From Neocallimastix sp. 'constans' (lineage: Eukaryota), in assembly GCA_050613775.1 (NCBI GenBank), contig JBODTK010000111.1:1-64000 (forward strand): a DNA stretch of 64,000 nt, written 5' to 3'. A program made the position numbers and the translations under genes. The notes beneath the pieces were generated by a model that worked only from the letters and a program-made list of their open reading frames with translations, was not told where the DNA came from and made no database searches. Positions within the stretch are counted from its first letter, which is position 1. Each line of letters begins with the position of its first letter. Below are positions 44,385 to 59,159 of the stretch, in pieces.

Positions 44385-47300
44385 TTAATTATTTTGTATT
44401 TCATTTAATAATGCAAAGGAACTTTCCAATAAACTATCAATTTCCATTGATTGCTTATCATCTTTTTGTTTATTTACATTTTCTTTTTCATTATTTCCTT
44501 GAGGTTCAGGTGTTGGCTCCATGATATCACTACTACTATTATTAATGGTAGTCTTTGATTTTCCTTTATCAATGTTTCTTAGAAGTTCTTTAGCAGCATT
44601 AGTATTATTTAGATTTGTAATATTTCCTGAATCAGCATTAAACAGTTTGTTTCTATATTTATTATTATAGTCTTCATTAGAATGTTTAATTTTTGATTTA
44701 AAGACATCACCATTCTTAAGAGATGAAATTAAATCATCCATTAAACCTCTCTTTTCAGCATTTTCACCATCAAGTACAATTGGCTTTGATGAGTTAAGTT
44801 TTCCTTTATTTTCATCATTTTTAGCATCAGATTTCTTATTGTTCATTGATTGAAGTTTTTTAGCTCTTTCTTCTTCTTTTTTGTTTTCTTTATCTGCTTT
44901 CTATTTTATTTATAAATATTAAATTTAGTGAATTAGGTTATATATATATATATATATATATATATTTTTAATATTACTTCTAATTCTTTAATGAAAGTTT
45001 TGAAAATACTAAAGAAACCTTCGGACGTAGTTGTCTTAACATCTTCACCGAAGTATTCAACAATATTTTTGAATGATTCTCTCATTTCAGATCTTAGTGC
45101 AATTAATTCATCAAAAACAGGTTCTGTTTCTTTTAAAAATTCCTATTTATTACATATCATATATAAACATTATGTTAATTTAATAATTAAAATCATATAT
45201 AATTTTAAGATAATAATTAATTTTTTTTTTTTTTTCATTTTGAAATAATTTGATTATTTAATTAATTTACATACAGATAAGGCATTTTTATATTGAAGAG
45301 ATTCAGAGTTATCATCTTGATTTTTTAATTCTTTTTGAAGATTTATCATTCCACATTCCAAGTTAGCAATTTCTTGATCAATTGCTTTTGTTGATACTAA
45401 TAAATATATATATATATATTAATGATTTAATATTTATTATCTTATTTATTTATTCATTATCTTGTATATTTATATTGCTTTTTTTATTATTTTTTGTTTT
45501 GAAATTATTAATTATATTACTTCTATATGCTTTATCTAATGTTTGTAAATCTTCATTGATCTTCATTAATTCTGGATAATGCTTTTGGATAGTCTTAACT
45601 AAGTAGTTATTTAAAGTTATTTTATTATCATTACTTTTAATATCTTGTAGCTTTATAAGAAATTAATAATTAAATATAATTAATATATTAATAATAAATC
45701 GTTATTATACTTTAATATATAATATATAATATATATTATTTAAAACTTGTACTATTATAATATATTTATACTTTAGTTAAAAGATCAATGTTGAAACCAA
45801 AAGCACCACCTCTGTAAGAATCACCATTCATATAATTACCAATGGAAAGAATAAGCTTTTATATAATAAAAAATAATTAATATTTCTTATTTGAATTTTT
45901 AAATCTTGTAAAATTAGGTAATTTATATATTTAAGTAATTACCTCTAATAATTTTGATAATTTTGGACTATGCTTTAATTCTTTGCACGCATTGATAACA
46001 ATTAATATATCCTTTAATATAAATATTAAATTAATTAATGAAAAAATATTATAACCATTTTTTTTTCCATTTTATTATGGTTTTCTTATAAAATACTTAC
46101 TGGTTTAAGATCATTTACTCTCTCATTGAATTGATTTTTGTATTGAATTGCATTTAATCTTTCTTGACATTTTGGAATTCTCAATAACTATCATAAATAT
46201 TAAATATATTTAATTATTATTTATATATATATTTATATTATATGATTATTAATATAAATATTATAATAGTAATTTATATGGTCAAGTAAATAAGCATACA
46301 TTAAGTAAAAACATTTCTGCTTTATTTAAATCCTTGGTTTCTTCTTCAGATGCAAAAATATATTTTGATAAAGCTTCTGCTTCTTGTTGAGTTGGAAAAT
46401 TTGATAAACAGACCTTTAATATATTATCTGGTAATTTGTGATCTTTATCTAAATTCATAAGACTTTTAGAAATTTCACTGAAGTCAAGCTTTAATCTTGA
46501 AATAATAATAGCTTTATTTTATTTATTTATTTATTTAATATTGATAATAATGATAATAATAATAATTAATAATAATTAATAATAATTAATAATCAATAAT
46601 TAATAATGATAATAATAAAAAATTGATAATAATAGTAATTAATAATTAATAGTAATAATAATTGCTAATAAAAAATTTTAGAAAATATTAATGAAATACT
46701 TTCAATATTTATAAATAAAAAAAATGAATTACTTACAAATATTATTATTTCTTTTAGCATCCAATACAGATACATGTGTTGGTGTTTTTGGTTGTGAAGA
46801 TGAACTTTTTGGTGGTGATTGATTTGACTTAGGTGAAGTTAAACGGAATTTATCACATAATTCGTCCAAATCAATTTCAGCCCTAATTTTATCTTCAATA
46901 TCAGGTTTTTCATAAACGGTTTTCCAAAACGTATTAGTAATTTGTGTTGGGGCAATTTTAGTCCATAATACAGCTTTCATTTTGGTTCCAGTAGATATCT
47001 TCAATTTTCCTGGTATCATACCTCCAACTTATATATACATTTATATGTAATATAAAAATAAGTTTCTTGTTTTCCAATTAAATAAATTATTTTATTATTT
47101 TAATACATTTTATAAATTAAAAATTTTACCCATTGGTGGCGGAGGGATACCTCCTAGAGGAGGAGGTGGTGGTGGTATTCCACCTGGTGGAGCCATTCCT
47201 GGAGGAGGTGGTGGTGGTGGAGGCATTCCTGCACCTGGTGGAGGAGGTGGTGGAGGAGGAGGAGCACTACCATTGTTCATTGGATTTGGAGGAGGAGGAG

Positions 47301-48677
47301 GTGGTGGTGCTGCAATTTTCGGTTTATCATCTAAAGGAGTTACTAAACTATCAGTAATCTAAAAAATTATTAAAAAAAAAAAGAATATTTAATGTTGATT
47401 TTAATATTTTTTATTTTAATATAATTTATTAAGTTTTACTTACAGCTTTAATATTAAAGTCAATAGATTAAAGTGTAAATTAATAGATATTATAAAATAT
47501 AGTTAATTTAAAAATATAGAAATTGTATTTTTAATATAATTATAATTATATTCAAATATAAAAATTTGTATACGTACATTTCAATGTAATACCACCAATT
47601 AATTGTGGATCTGTATTTAATGCTTCCAGTTTTTTATTTAATTCTACAAACTTCTCATTAATTTTCTTTTCTTCTTCTTTTTCAGTAGCCATTTCATTCT
47701 TTAATCTTTCTACTTCTTTTTCCATATTTAATTTATATTCTTCTAATAATGCAACTTTTTCATCAGATTCCTTTTTTTTTTCTGCTAAAATTCTCATTTC
47801 ATATCTTGTTTTTCTTAAATCTTCATCTTTTGTTTTTACAATATCTTCTAATTGTTTTGCTTGATCAACATATTGTTTCCATTCTTCCATTCTAACTTCC
47901 CATTCTGAAACAGTTTTTTCCCAATTGTGCGCTGAAGTCATCGCTTTTTCATATTCATCTTGTTGAACTAATTTACTTATAATATTATCAATGTCCATTT
48001 GAATCACAGTGATATCAGGATCGATTCCAAAACGTTGTAAAACAACTTCATTAATTAAATTGTATATTAAATTCCAATATTTAGATCTATTTATATATTT
48101 CCAATTATTATTTTTTTTTAAAGAATTTTAATTTAAATATATTATAATATTTAATATATTTGTATATTATAGTTTATATATTTATTTTTTTTATTTAAAA
48201 TATTAGTATTAATATATAGTTATTATTTTGATGTTTATTTTTATAATTAGAATTAAACCTTCTATGTCTATCTTGTGGTAACAATATTAAACTTTGAATT
48301 ATTCTTAGGAACCATAATTCAGTATTATTATCTTTAATTGTATTTTTTAAATAATCCAATGCTTCATCCAACTCAGTATATTAATAAATAAAATTTTAAA
48401 ATTAAGAAGTAATATTTTATATTATATTTAAAATTATTATTTACTTTTATTAAATGTTAATATATAAATATATAGAAAAGGATATAATAAATTAATATTT
48501 TTTAACGCTTTTTCTTCAGCAAGTGTTTGGAAGTCTTGCTGTACAATGGAATCTAAAGTTTCCAACTGTATATTTAAATCTGGATTATTATATTGTCTTA
48601 ACAACTAAATTTTAATTTAGAAAATATAAACGTTTATTATTACATATATTAAAAAATATATAATATATATAATATGC

Positions 48678-48754
<77 letters not shown>

Positions 48755-49727
48755 TAAATTTATGATGAAATATTTTTTATAAAAAAAAAATAACTAATTT
48801 TATAATTAAAAATTTAATATTTTTATAATTACAGAAAATGTGTCAATTAAACCGATATCCATAAATTGTTCCAATAATATAATTCTATGTTCTAAATCAT
48901 CAGAATTAGAAATAATTGAGTTTATAAATGCTAAACAGGAAACCTAATTTTTAGTAGTGAATAATATAATTTTTTTTTTAATAATGATTTTTTTATAATT
49001 TATAATATTATATTATTAACTACTATATATTATTTATTATATATTTTATATTTTACTTGACATTCTAGCATTTCAGGGGAATAATTATCATCCCCATCGC
49101 ATTGTAAAAGTGTCATTAATTTTTGAAATCTATATTCTTCATGCATTTGTTTTTGATAATATGTCATTGCTCTAAGAACAATTCCATGACCATTTGGTTC
49201 AACTAATGCTACAGATGCCAGCAATTGAATTACTAATGATTGTAATGAATGATCTGGCCACGATAATGCTAAAGATAATACATTAATAGCATTTTTATGA
49301 TCTAAAACTGTTTGTAAACCAACACCATAATTCATAATTGCTTTAAAACATCTTAAACAATATGGTCTCAGTTCTCTTTCACTTAAGACAATTCTTTTTT
49401 TATAATCTTTTCCATTATTTTTATTTTTTTCACTTAAATTGGATTTACTTTTTATTAATTCTGGTTCATTTTCCTCTACAGGTGGAAGTGGTCTTTAAAT
49501 TTTTAATATATATATATATATATTTTTAGGAATTTTGATATATATATATATATATAATTTTTTATATATTAATTATTTTTTTAAAAAAATACAAAAATTA
49601 TATATTGTCTATAAATAACTGTTAAATATACCCTGATTTTTTACATATTTTAAACATTAAATCAATCAATACTTGAAGACCATTATAAATAAAAAATTCT
49701 TTTACCCATCTATTATCATTATCATTA

Positions 49728-49783
<56 letters not shown>

Positions 49784-50614
49784 TTCAAATTAATATTATA
49801 ATTTTAAAGTTATTATTGAATAAATATATTATTAGTGTTCAATTTATATAAATTAATAATTATTTACAATATTTTTTTTTACGAAAAACTAAATATTACC
49901 TAATTGGTTCTGATCTTAAGCATACTTCCAAATCTTTAACAATAGTAACTGGTGCTATTTCCTCTTCATTTTCTAAATAATTTTTAATTACATTAATATA
50001 CTGAACAGGATTTGTTTTTTCTGTATTGTTTTTTCTCAAGTTTTCATTACTAACCTTTTATTATCAATAATATATATATATCATTTATTTGTTAACTTAT
50101 GTATTATTTTTTTTTAAATTAATGAATAGTTATTAATTAAATGTTATATATATATAATTCTTTAGAATTAAAAGATTATATCATATTACTTTTGACTGTT
50201 GTAACATTTCCCATTTTTTATTCTCCGGAAGATTATTTAATTCTTTTGGTAAAGCTAATTCTTGCTTTAAATATAAAGTTTTAATAAGAGATTTAAAATA
50301 ATATGTAAATATGTATGCATATATTAAATTTCTTTTTAATCCTTTTATATATATATATGTATTGAATTTATAATAATATATATTATATCTATATCCTGTT
50401 CATATCTATTAAAATATCATATAATATGTAATTCCCTATATTAAATTATTAATAAATATTTTTATTATACCAAAACTTTTTCAAATTGTATTTGAATTTC
50501 TTCTGATGATGGCATCAATTCACGATATTGTCCTAATTTTCGATCATTAGCAACTTGTTGTTCATAAACAGATTCTTTTCGAGATTTCCCGAATTTTGAG
50601 AATGCTTTTTTCAT
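44385..50614 (-). CDS. Diaphanous-related formin (GBD/FH3, coiled coil, FH1, FH2, DAD), many exons
   Basis: Starts MKKAFSKFGKSRK. GBD/FH3 motifs are LEVCLRSEPI.WVKEF, CLRCFKAIMNYGVG and CLAFINSII. The poly-Pro FH1 lies at ~47130-47310. FH2 motifs are KMKAVLWTKI, VLDAKRNNNI and LSIGNYMNGDSYRGGAFGF. The DAD is GLMDDLISSLKNGDVF. Confidence 0.95.
48376..48485 (-). other. U12-type (minor spliceosome) AT-AC intron in the formin gene
   Basis: The 5' end is ATATCCTTTT, there is an internal TTCTTAAT, and the 3' end is TAC. Removal joins ...KNINF-I-ELDEALDYL... in frame. Confidence 0.85.
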
Positions 50615-53600
50615 TTTGGTATATTATTTTTCTTAAATAATTAAAAAATAGTAATATTTGATATTAAAATAATAAATTAACGTAAAAATTAATAATATTA
50701 ATATATATTTAATTAATTTTAATTTAATATTGAATGAAAAATTAATTGTTGCTATTGTTATTATAATTATTATATAACAACAACTACAACAATAGTATTT
50801 TTTATTTTAATTATCTTTTTTATAATATTTTTTTTTCTTTTTTTTATTTTTTATTTTTTTATTTTCATATTTTTATATTTTTATTTCTTTTGTAATTGAA
50901 ATTTTTTTTTTTTTAATATAGTACTTATGATATAGATAAAATTTTATAAAATAATATTAATTATAGTTAATTTAAAAAAATTTGGGTACATTTATAAATT
51001 AACATATATAATTATAATTATTAATTAATTATTATTAATATACTTTAATTTTATTTTTAAAATAATTTTAAATTTAAATTATATATAATTTTAGTAGAAT
51101 TCAAAATAAAATTTATTATATATTGTATATATACATATATAATAAATTAATATTATTTTTTTTATAATCATTTCTTTATTTATTACTTCAATAAGAAAAT
51201 AATTATTTATAATATTTTTTTTATTACTTAATATTACTTAACAAAAATCAAAAAATAATAAATTATATAATATTTTGGATAATCAGAATTCACATAAATA
51301 AAAAAAAATGATATGGATATGGATTTTTTTTTTCATTTTTTATATTTTATGCATTATAACAAGGAATAAAATAATAGCAATTTTAAATATCAAATTCATT
51401 TATAAAATATTAACTCTTTTTATAAGTAAATTTCATTAGTATTTGTAAAACTTTTATATAATTTTTCGTTATTTATAATAAAAGAATACATGATCCTAAC
51501 ATAATGAGTGATTTTCTTTAATTTTTAAAATTCTTTTCTAATCAATTATTAAATAATTAATATTCTAATAATATAAAGAGAAAAAATAGAAATAAATGAA
51601 TATATATATACTTTGTGTGTGGTAAGAATTTTTTAATTATAAAATAAAATGATTTTTTTTTTCTTTTTTTTTATTTATTAAATCATAACGAATTATAAAT
51701 TTTAATAATGATGATTAAAATGAATATAATAAATATATAAAGATAAAAAATAATTGAAATTTTTTAATATAATAAAATAATATATATTAAAAATTCATTT
51801 CAATGCATTTTTAAAATTTAATACCAAGAAAGTTACTTATTTTAATAAATTAAATATATAAAAATTAAAAAAAAAAAATAAAAAAAAAAATAAAAAAAAA
51901 TAAAAAAAAATAAAAAAAAATAAGCCGCCAATTAAATATTAAAAGATTAATTAAAATAACTTTTTTTTATACTTTAACAAAAATAAATAATGAATAACTA
52001 ATAACTAATAATGAATAATGAATAAATAAAAAATAAAAAATAAAGAATAATAAATAATGAATAAATAAAAAATAATGAATAATAAATAATGAATAATAAA
52101 TAATAAATAATGAATAAAATAATGAATAATGAATAATGAATAAATAAATAATAATTATAAATAAGTATTAAATTTTAAATTTTAAATTTTAAATTTTAAA
52201 TGTTAAATATTAAATAAGAAACAAGAAATAAAAAATAAGAAAATATAAATAAGAAATAAAAAAAAATATAAATAAATAATAAAAAAAAATAATTAAATAT
52301 TAAATATTAAAAAAAAAACATTAAATATAAAAGATTAATGGTAATATATTATAATAAAACTAATTATACTATATTATTTTTAATACTAAATAATTTTAAT
52401 AAAATATTTATAATACTATATTATTTTTAATACTAAATAATTTTAATAAAATATTTAAGTTCAAAAACAATAATATTGGTAATAATTATATTAATAAAAA
52501 TAATATAATAAAAATAATAAAAATAATTATAATTTTTAACTATATATATAATTATTAATATTATTAAATAAATACTTTTATTTTATATACTATAAAAATG
52601 TAATAAAAATAATTTTTACAATAGATTATTTGACTTTTCAGTAAATGAAAAAAAAAAGTTATTGATTAAAGTTGTTAAAATTATAATTCTTAATAAATCA
52701 TAAGAATTAAATTTTAACCAAAATATTTCAATTAATATAATTTTTGTATTTTATATTTTTAGAACTTTAAATTTTTTAAATAAATATTTAAGAATAAGTT
52801 TATTTTATCCTTTAATATTAATTTAAAAAATTAATAAGATTTCATATAAGTTTATTTTATATGAAATCTTATTTTATATGTTTATTAAAATTTTAAATTT
52901 AATAATAGTAATTGATTTATCATATTTAGAATTATATAATATTTATTTTATGTATTCTATATATATTATTATAATTCAAAAATTATTCCAAAAATAAAAA
53001 AATATATATATATAAACTCTATATAAATATAAAAAAAAAGAACAATCATAGTATTAATATTTTCTATTTTTAAACTTTACATATTATAATAGTAATTGAA
53101 GCTTCACTATTTTATTAATAAAATGGTTTAAAATTATAGTAAATTAGTATTATTAAGACAAAAATATATATAAATATAATAATTATATATAATTATTATT
53201 ACTAATAATAATAATAATTGAACTAAAAAAAATAGTAATTTTTTTATAGATTGAGATTAATTAAAATAATTATTATGATATAAGATTACTTGTATCTTAC
53301 ATTACAATTGTTAACTTTTCATAATTATTATTAATTATACTTTTTCATTTCATTTTTATTATATTTTACTATTATTATTATTTATAATAGAATGATAGAA
53401 TACAATATTTTATTTTTAAAAAAATTTTTAGTATTTTTTTTTAAAAAAAAAAAAAAGATATTTTTATTATAGAAAATAGTAAAAAAAAAAAATAAAATAA
53501 AATTTATACTATTTAATAAATACTATAATTCGAAATTGAAAATAATATTTTAAATAAAAATATTATAAATATTAATATAGAGAAATATTTATATAAATAA

Positions 53601-53857
53601 AACTCAACATTTAAAAAGATTATTTAAATATATGAAATATATATATATATCTTTTTATTGTTATTATAATTAACACTATTTCTTTTTTTGAAAGACGAAT
53701 GCTGATTGTTACTTAAAGTGATTTTTCTTTTCTTTCTTTTCTTTTTTTTTTCGAAATATATTTTTTTTTTTAGAAAAAAAAAAAAGGAAAAAATTTTTAA
53801 GTAACTGAAAAAAAAATCTTATGAATAAATGAATATTTCGATTTTATAACTATAACA

Positions 53858-53893
<36 letters not shown>

Positions 53894-54130
53894 CGAAAAA
53901 ACATCATTTATCATTATATAACAATAAAATTAAACCCTAAATCAATATAATATTAACTTTTCATTTTAAGAAAAAAAAAAAATCATTAAGCAAAAATATA
54001 TATATATATTATATTAATATATTATTCACTTATTATTTTGACAATAATAACAATATATAATTCAAAATACATCTATCCAAAAAAAAAAAATAATAAAAAA
54101 ATTAGATATTTATATTATAAGTTATTTAAA

Positions 54131-55076
54131 ATGACTGATGTATTAATAAATTTACCACCATCGGAATCAAAATCAAATGAAAATACAGATATAAAGACTG
54201 ATATTATGAATCAGTTAAAAAAAAATGATATAGCATGGTAAGAATATTAAAATATAAGCATAATAATATTAGATATAAAAAAATATATAATATGATTATT
54301 ATTTAATTATAATGTTATAATTTTCAAATGTTTAATTAATAAATTACAACACTAATTATAATCATTTATAAATATACATATATACATATATATATATTTA
54401 AATGTTAAAAAAAATTTAACCATAAATATGAATATAATAAAAAAAATAAATATAATGATAAAAAACAATGTTGTAACATCAGTAACTGTATATTAGATGA
54501 ACAGTCATGGAGACATAAAGAAATCATAAAATTTTGCCTATATATTTTATTATTTATAGTAGAACCTATAGGATATTATTCTAGCAATATTAATATAGGA
54601 ATTGATTATAGAGTTTGGCTTGATATATTGCTTGTTGTATTTTTAGCAATTATACCCTTTGGTATTACAATATGGTATTCATATCAACCCATTTTTCTAA
54701 ATAAAGTATTTCCATGGACATTTATTTCAGAAATACTACTATTATTAACTATCGTTCTTCGTTCAAAATTAGTATTTCAATCTGATTATATATCTAATAT
54801 TTCAATTATTTCATTTTTCTTAATTCAATTTTACACTATTCACAGATATATTTTTATGATTCTTATTGAAAATTTATGCTTATTATTGATTTATATTATT
54901 GTATACAATAAATTAATATTTTCCAAGTATAACAAATTTATATTATGGAATAATGAATTTTTCTTTCCAGTTTATTTGGTAAATGAAATTTTATATAAAC
55001 TATATTATATATATTAAAAAATTACATAAAATTTAGTAAAATGATTGCAAATTAAAATGTATATATTAATTCCCCC

Positions 55077-55120
<44 letters not shown>

Positions 55121-55319
55121 AAAACTAAATATCTTTATATATATTAATATTGTAATGATTAATAGATTATTATAACCATTATTAATATAATATCAAAATT
55201 AAGTAAATATGAAACATTATATAATAATAATGAATTCTATATATATATATATATTAATCATATTAATCATTTAATTTTAATAATATTATTTAATTACTAA
55301 ATTATTGATAGATTTGCAA

Positions 55320-55351
<32 letters not shown>

Positions 55352-56448
55352 CAGTAAATTGATGATTAATACTAAAATTAATAAGAGTTATGATCAATGT
55401 AATACACCAGCTGAAAAAGCTATGTACATTTGTAGAGTAGTTATGGAAACACCTCAAATAGAACAGCAAGATCTTATGTTATTGGATAAACTTCAAGCAT
55501 CATTGTTAGAAAAAATCATGAAAGAAACTGGTACTATAAATGAAAAAGTATGTGTAATGATAAAAAAAAAAAAATACAAAATTCATATTTTTTTTCTTTC
55601 ATTTTATATAATTATATTAATTTTTTTTCTAATTTTATTATTATTAATATTATTTTAAATAATTGTATAAATTAATATTTGATAACAATAGAAGGATACA
55701 AAACCCATAGTACAGAAATATTCAATTGAAAATACTGCTGTTATTACTGATGGAAATGAATATGATGAACAACAGTGTGATGCACCAAAGATTGAAGTTG
55801 TTGACTCTGAATGCTTAAATAAATTATTTAGTGATATTGATAGTTGGGATTGGAATGTATTTGATTATGCAAAGGTCGTAAAAAATCCATTATACTATTT
55901 AACAAGACATATGTTTGAACGTGAAAATCTATTTAATGAATTGAATATTCCAGAAAAAGAATTTAATAGATTTATAGGTTTAATTGAAAAGGGATATCAT
56001 GATTTGCCATTCCATAATAAAGTACATGCAACTGATGTCTTACATGGTATGAATTACCTTGTAAAAAATCCAAAAATTAAAGCTATGTGTAATACTGTAG
56101 ATATTATGTGTTGTTATATTGCAGCTATAATTCATGGTAATTTTTAATTTTATATATATATAATTTAAAAAAAAAAAATTTAAAAAAAAAAAAATGGTAG
56201 AAATATATTAATTTTATTATATCAATATAAATATATAAATATATTATAATTAATTTATTTTAATTTTTTTACTATTTATATAGATTATGATCATCCAGGT
56301 TATAGTAATGTTGTAAGTATTTTAAAGTAATAAAAATATTTATAATTAATTGGATAATATTGTAATAATGGAATAAAATATATTGTAACTTAATAAAAAA
56401 AATTTTTTTTTTCATTGTTATAATTATTATTATTATTTCAAATTATAA

Positions 56449-56479
<31 letters not shown>

Positions 56480-57368
56480 GTATTTGATTAATATTCAAGA
56501 TGAAATGGCAATTCTATATAATGATCAACGTGTGTTAGAAAATCATCACTTAGCTAAGGCTTGGGAACTTTTATTAAAACCAGAAAATAATTTCTTGAAA
56601 AATTTTGATAAAAAGGAATTTTCAAGAATAAGAAAATTAATTATTGAGCTTGTTTTAGCTACAGATCTTTCACAACATAATCAACTTCTATCTTCATTTA
56701 AAGAAAAGGTAAATAGATATTTTATATATTTTTATATATAAACAAACTTTATAAATTTTAATGAATTCTTTTTGGGTATTAATATAACATATTTATATAG
56801 ATTTTGAATAATCCAAACTTAGTTATTGATGATGAAGCCAAAGAATTAATTCTTAAGATTATTATTAAGGTAGGCATAAACAGAAAAAAATATTTATGTA
56901 GAAAAAAGAAAAAAAAATAAAGTTTTATGATGATTCTATCAATAAAAAAAATTATTAATACCTAAATAATTAAAATAATAATTTCTTTTTCTTTATTTAT
57001 ATACTAATTATTATATAAATAAAATTCCATAGTTTGCTGATGTTTCAAATACGTCTAAGACATGGTCATTATACACTTATTGGATTGATCGAATTATGAC
57101 TGAATTCTATAGACAAGGTGATCACGAAAGACAACATGGACTGCCTGTAACTAAAAATTATGATAGAAATGAAGAAAATGCACCACTTTGTCAAATCAAC
57201 TTTATTAAGTTTATCTGTGAACCAATAAATAAAGTTATTGTTACTTATCTGCAAGATAAAATATTTGAACAAAATATAAGTTATAACTTCAAGAGATTAG
57301 AAAAACTTGAAAGTTTAAATCTATTTAAACTCTCTGAAAAAGATTCCGATGTGACATATGATGAATAG
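54131..57368 (+). CDS. Class I 3',5'-cyclic nucleotide phosphodiesterase with a multi-pass hydrophobic N-terminal region
   Basis: The spliced product has WDWNVF, YHDLPFHNKVHATDVLH, AAIIHDYDHPGYSN, LENHHL, LATDLSQH, IIKFADVSN, EFYRQGD and the invariant Gln in CQINFI. Exon ~54483-54977 encodes several hydrophobic segments. The N-terminal exon junctions are less certain. Confidence 0.92.
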
Positions 57369-57487
57369 TAAAAATTTTATCATAACAAAAAAGAAAAAAT
57401 AAAAGATAAAAAATAAAAAAATAGAAAATTAAAAAATATCATTAAAAAAATTATAATATCATTAAAAAATTATAAATAATATCATTG

Positions 57488-57526
<39 letters not shown>

Positions 57527-58246
57527 AAACAATAATTAAAATGATAATTAAAATAATTAATAATATATATATATAATTTTTTTTTCTAATTATTGATTTT
57601 TAAAAAACCATTAAAAACATAATCAATATAATAATTAATAATTAATTAATTATTAATTCTATATTATAATATAAATATATATTTATATATATATATATAT
57701 ATATTTTTTTTTTTAGAAAAAAAATTTTTAGACATTCTAATATATAATACATATAAATAAAAAAAAGTTTTTATATATTAAATTTTTTTTTTATTATTTT
57801 ATTTTATTTATTTGTTTGTTTGTTCTATTTTTACCTATATTTTGTCTTTAATTTTTATTTCTTCTTTATTCTAAAATCTATAATTCTATATCATCGATAA
57901 TATTTTAATTTAACAATATTAATTTTCAAATAAAAGAAAAATAAATAAATAAATAAATATAAAATACAAAATATAAAATATAAAATTAAAATTAAAAACT
58001 ATTCTAGAATTAAAGAGTTTCGTACTCCATAAAAAAAAAAGAAAAAAAATCTATCTATATATATATATCAAAAAACTTATTATTACTTTTAATTTAGGAT
58101 TTTATTGACTCTTACGATATAAGATATAGATGTATGTATAATATTATTATTGCACCACTTTTTGTTTAATAGTTAAACCAATGTTATTAGATTTCATCAA
58201 TGACCTAAGAAAAAATTTTATTTACATCATATTTAACAATCTTATA

Positions 58247-58288
<42 letters not shown>

Positions 58289-58864
58289 AAAAAATATATT
58301 TATACATTTGTTCTTGATTAAACTTTAGTTATGGATGAGTTTCAATTCAATACTGGGGAACAAAAACATCTAAAAAAAAATTATATTAAAGAGTTCTGAG
58401 TCTAATGTTTCATATATAATTTAAAATTGCAGATAAACCTAATCAACAGTGTACCAATCATAAGTAGCTCTCTTAAAATTTTTATTGGTATAGTAATAAA
58501 AACTTTCATAGCGAAGAAAGTCAATGTTCACCACTATGGCAAAAAGAATATATATTACCTTGATAATTTTTCTACAGGTTACTACATTACATTATAAAAT
58601 TTCTTTGAAAGAAATAATTTCAATTCACATCATAATACTATAATTACTCCATAATTTTTTCGTTATATTTTTCATAATGTTATATTAACTTTATTCTTTA
58701 AAAAACTAATTTTTAATAATTATTTTTTTTTTATTATTTTAATCATTTTTTGTTAAATATCTCAGTTATATGTTTAATAGCATTGTACATTATACTACAT
58801 TATTAAATGTAAAATATTTTAACTCGATAGTATTATGAAATGTAACGTTAAAAGTTACCAATAA

Positions 58865-59085
58865 TGTTAGACTATTATATATATATATTTTTTACTTCAG
58901 GTGTGTACCGCCCTTTAGCCCCCCTCAAGGTATTGGGAATAATGAGGAAGCTACAACACTTTGGTGTGCATACGTATAGACGGATATTGTCCCTTCTGAA
59001 CGCCCTTACTTTCTGTTCAACATTGGCCCTCTGATTTTAAGTGTTATATTTATCAGATTAAGAGTCTCACATAAATTCATTAACA
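58865..59085. mobile_element. Candidate LTR (~221 bp)
   Basis: A GC-richer block bounded by TGTTAG...TTAACA inverted ends, lying just upstream of copia pol fragments. No TSD or PBS was recognised. Confidence 0.4.
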
Positions 59086-59159
59086 ATTGTTAATGTCATA
59101 ATTCAATATATTAAATATTAAACATTCATTAAATATTAAAATAATTTGAAAATAATACA

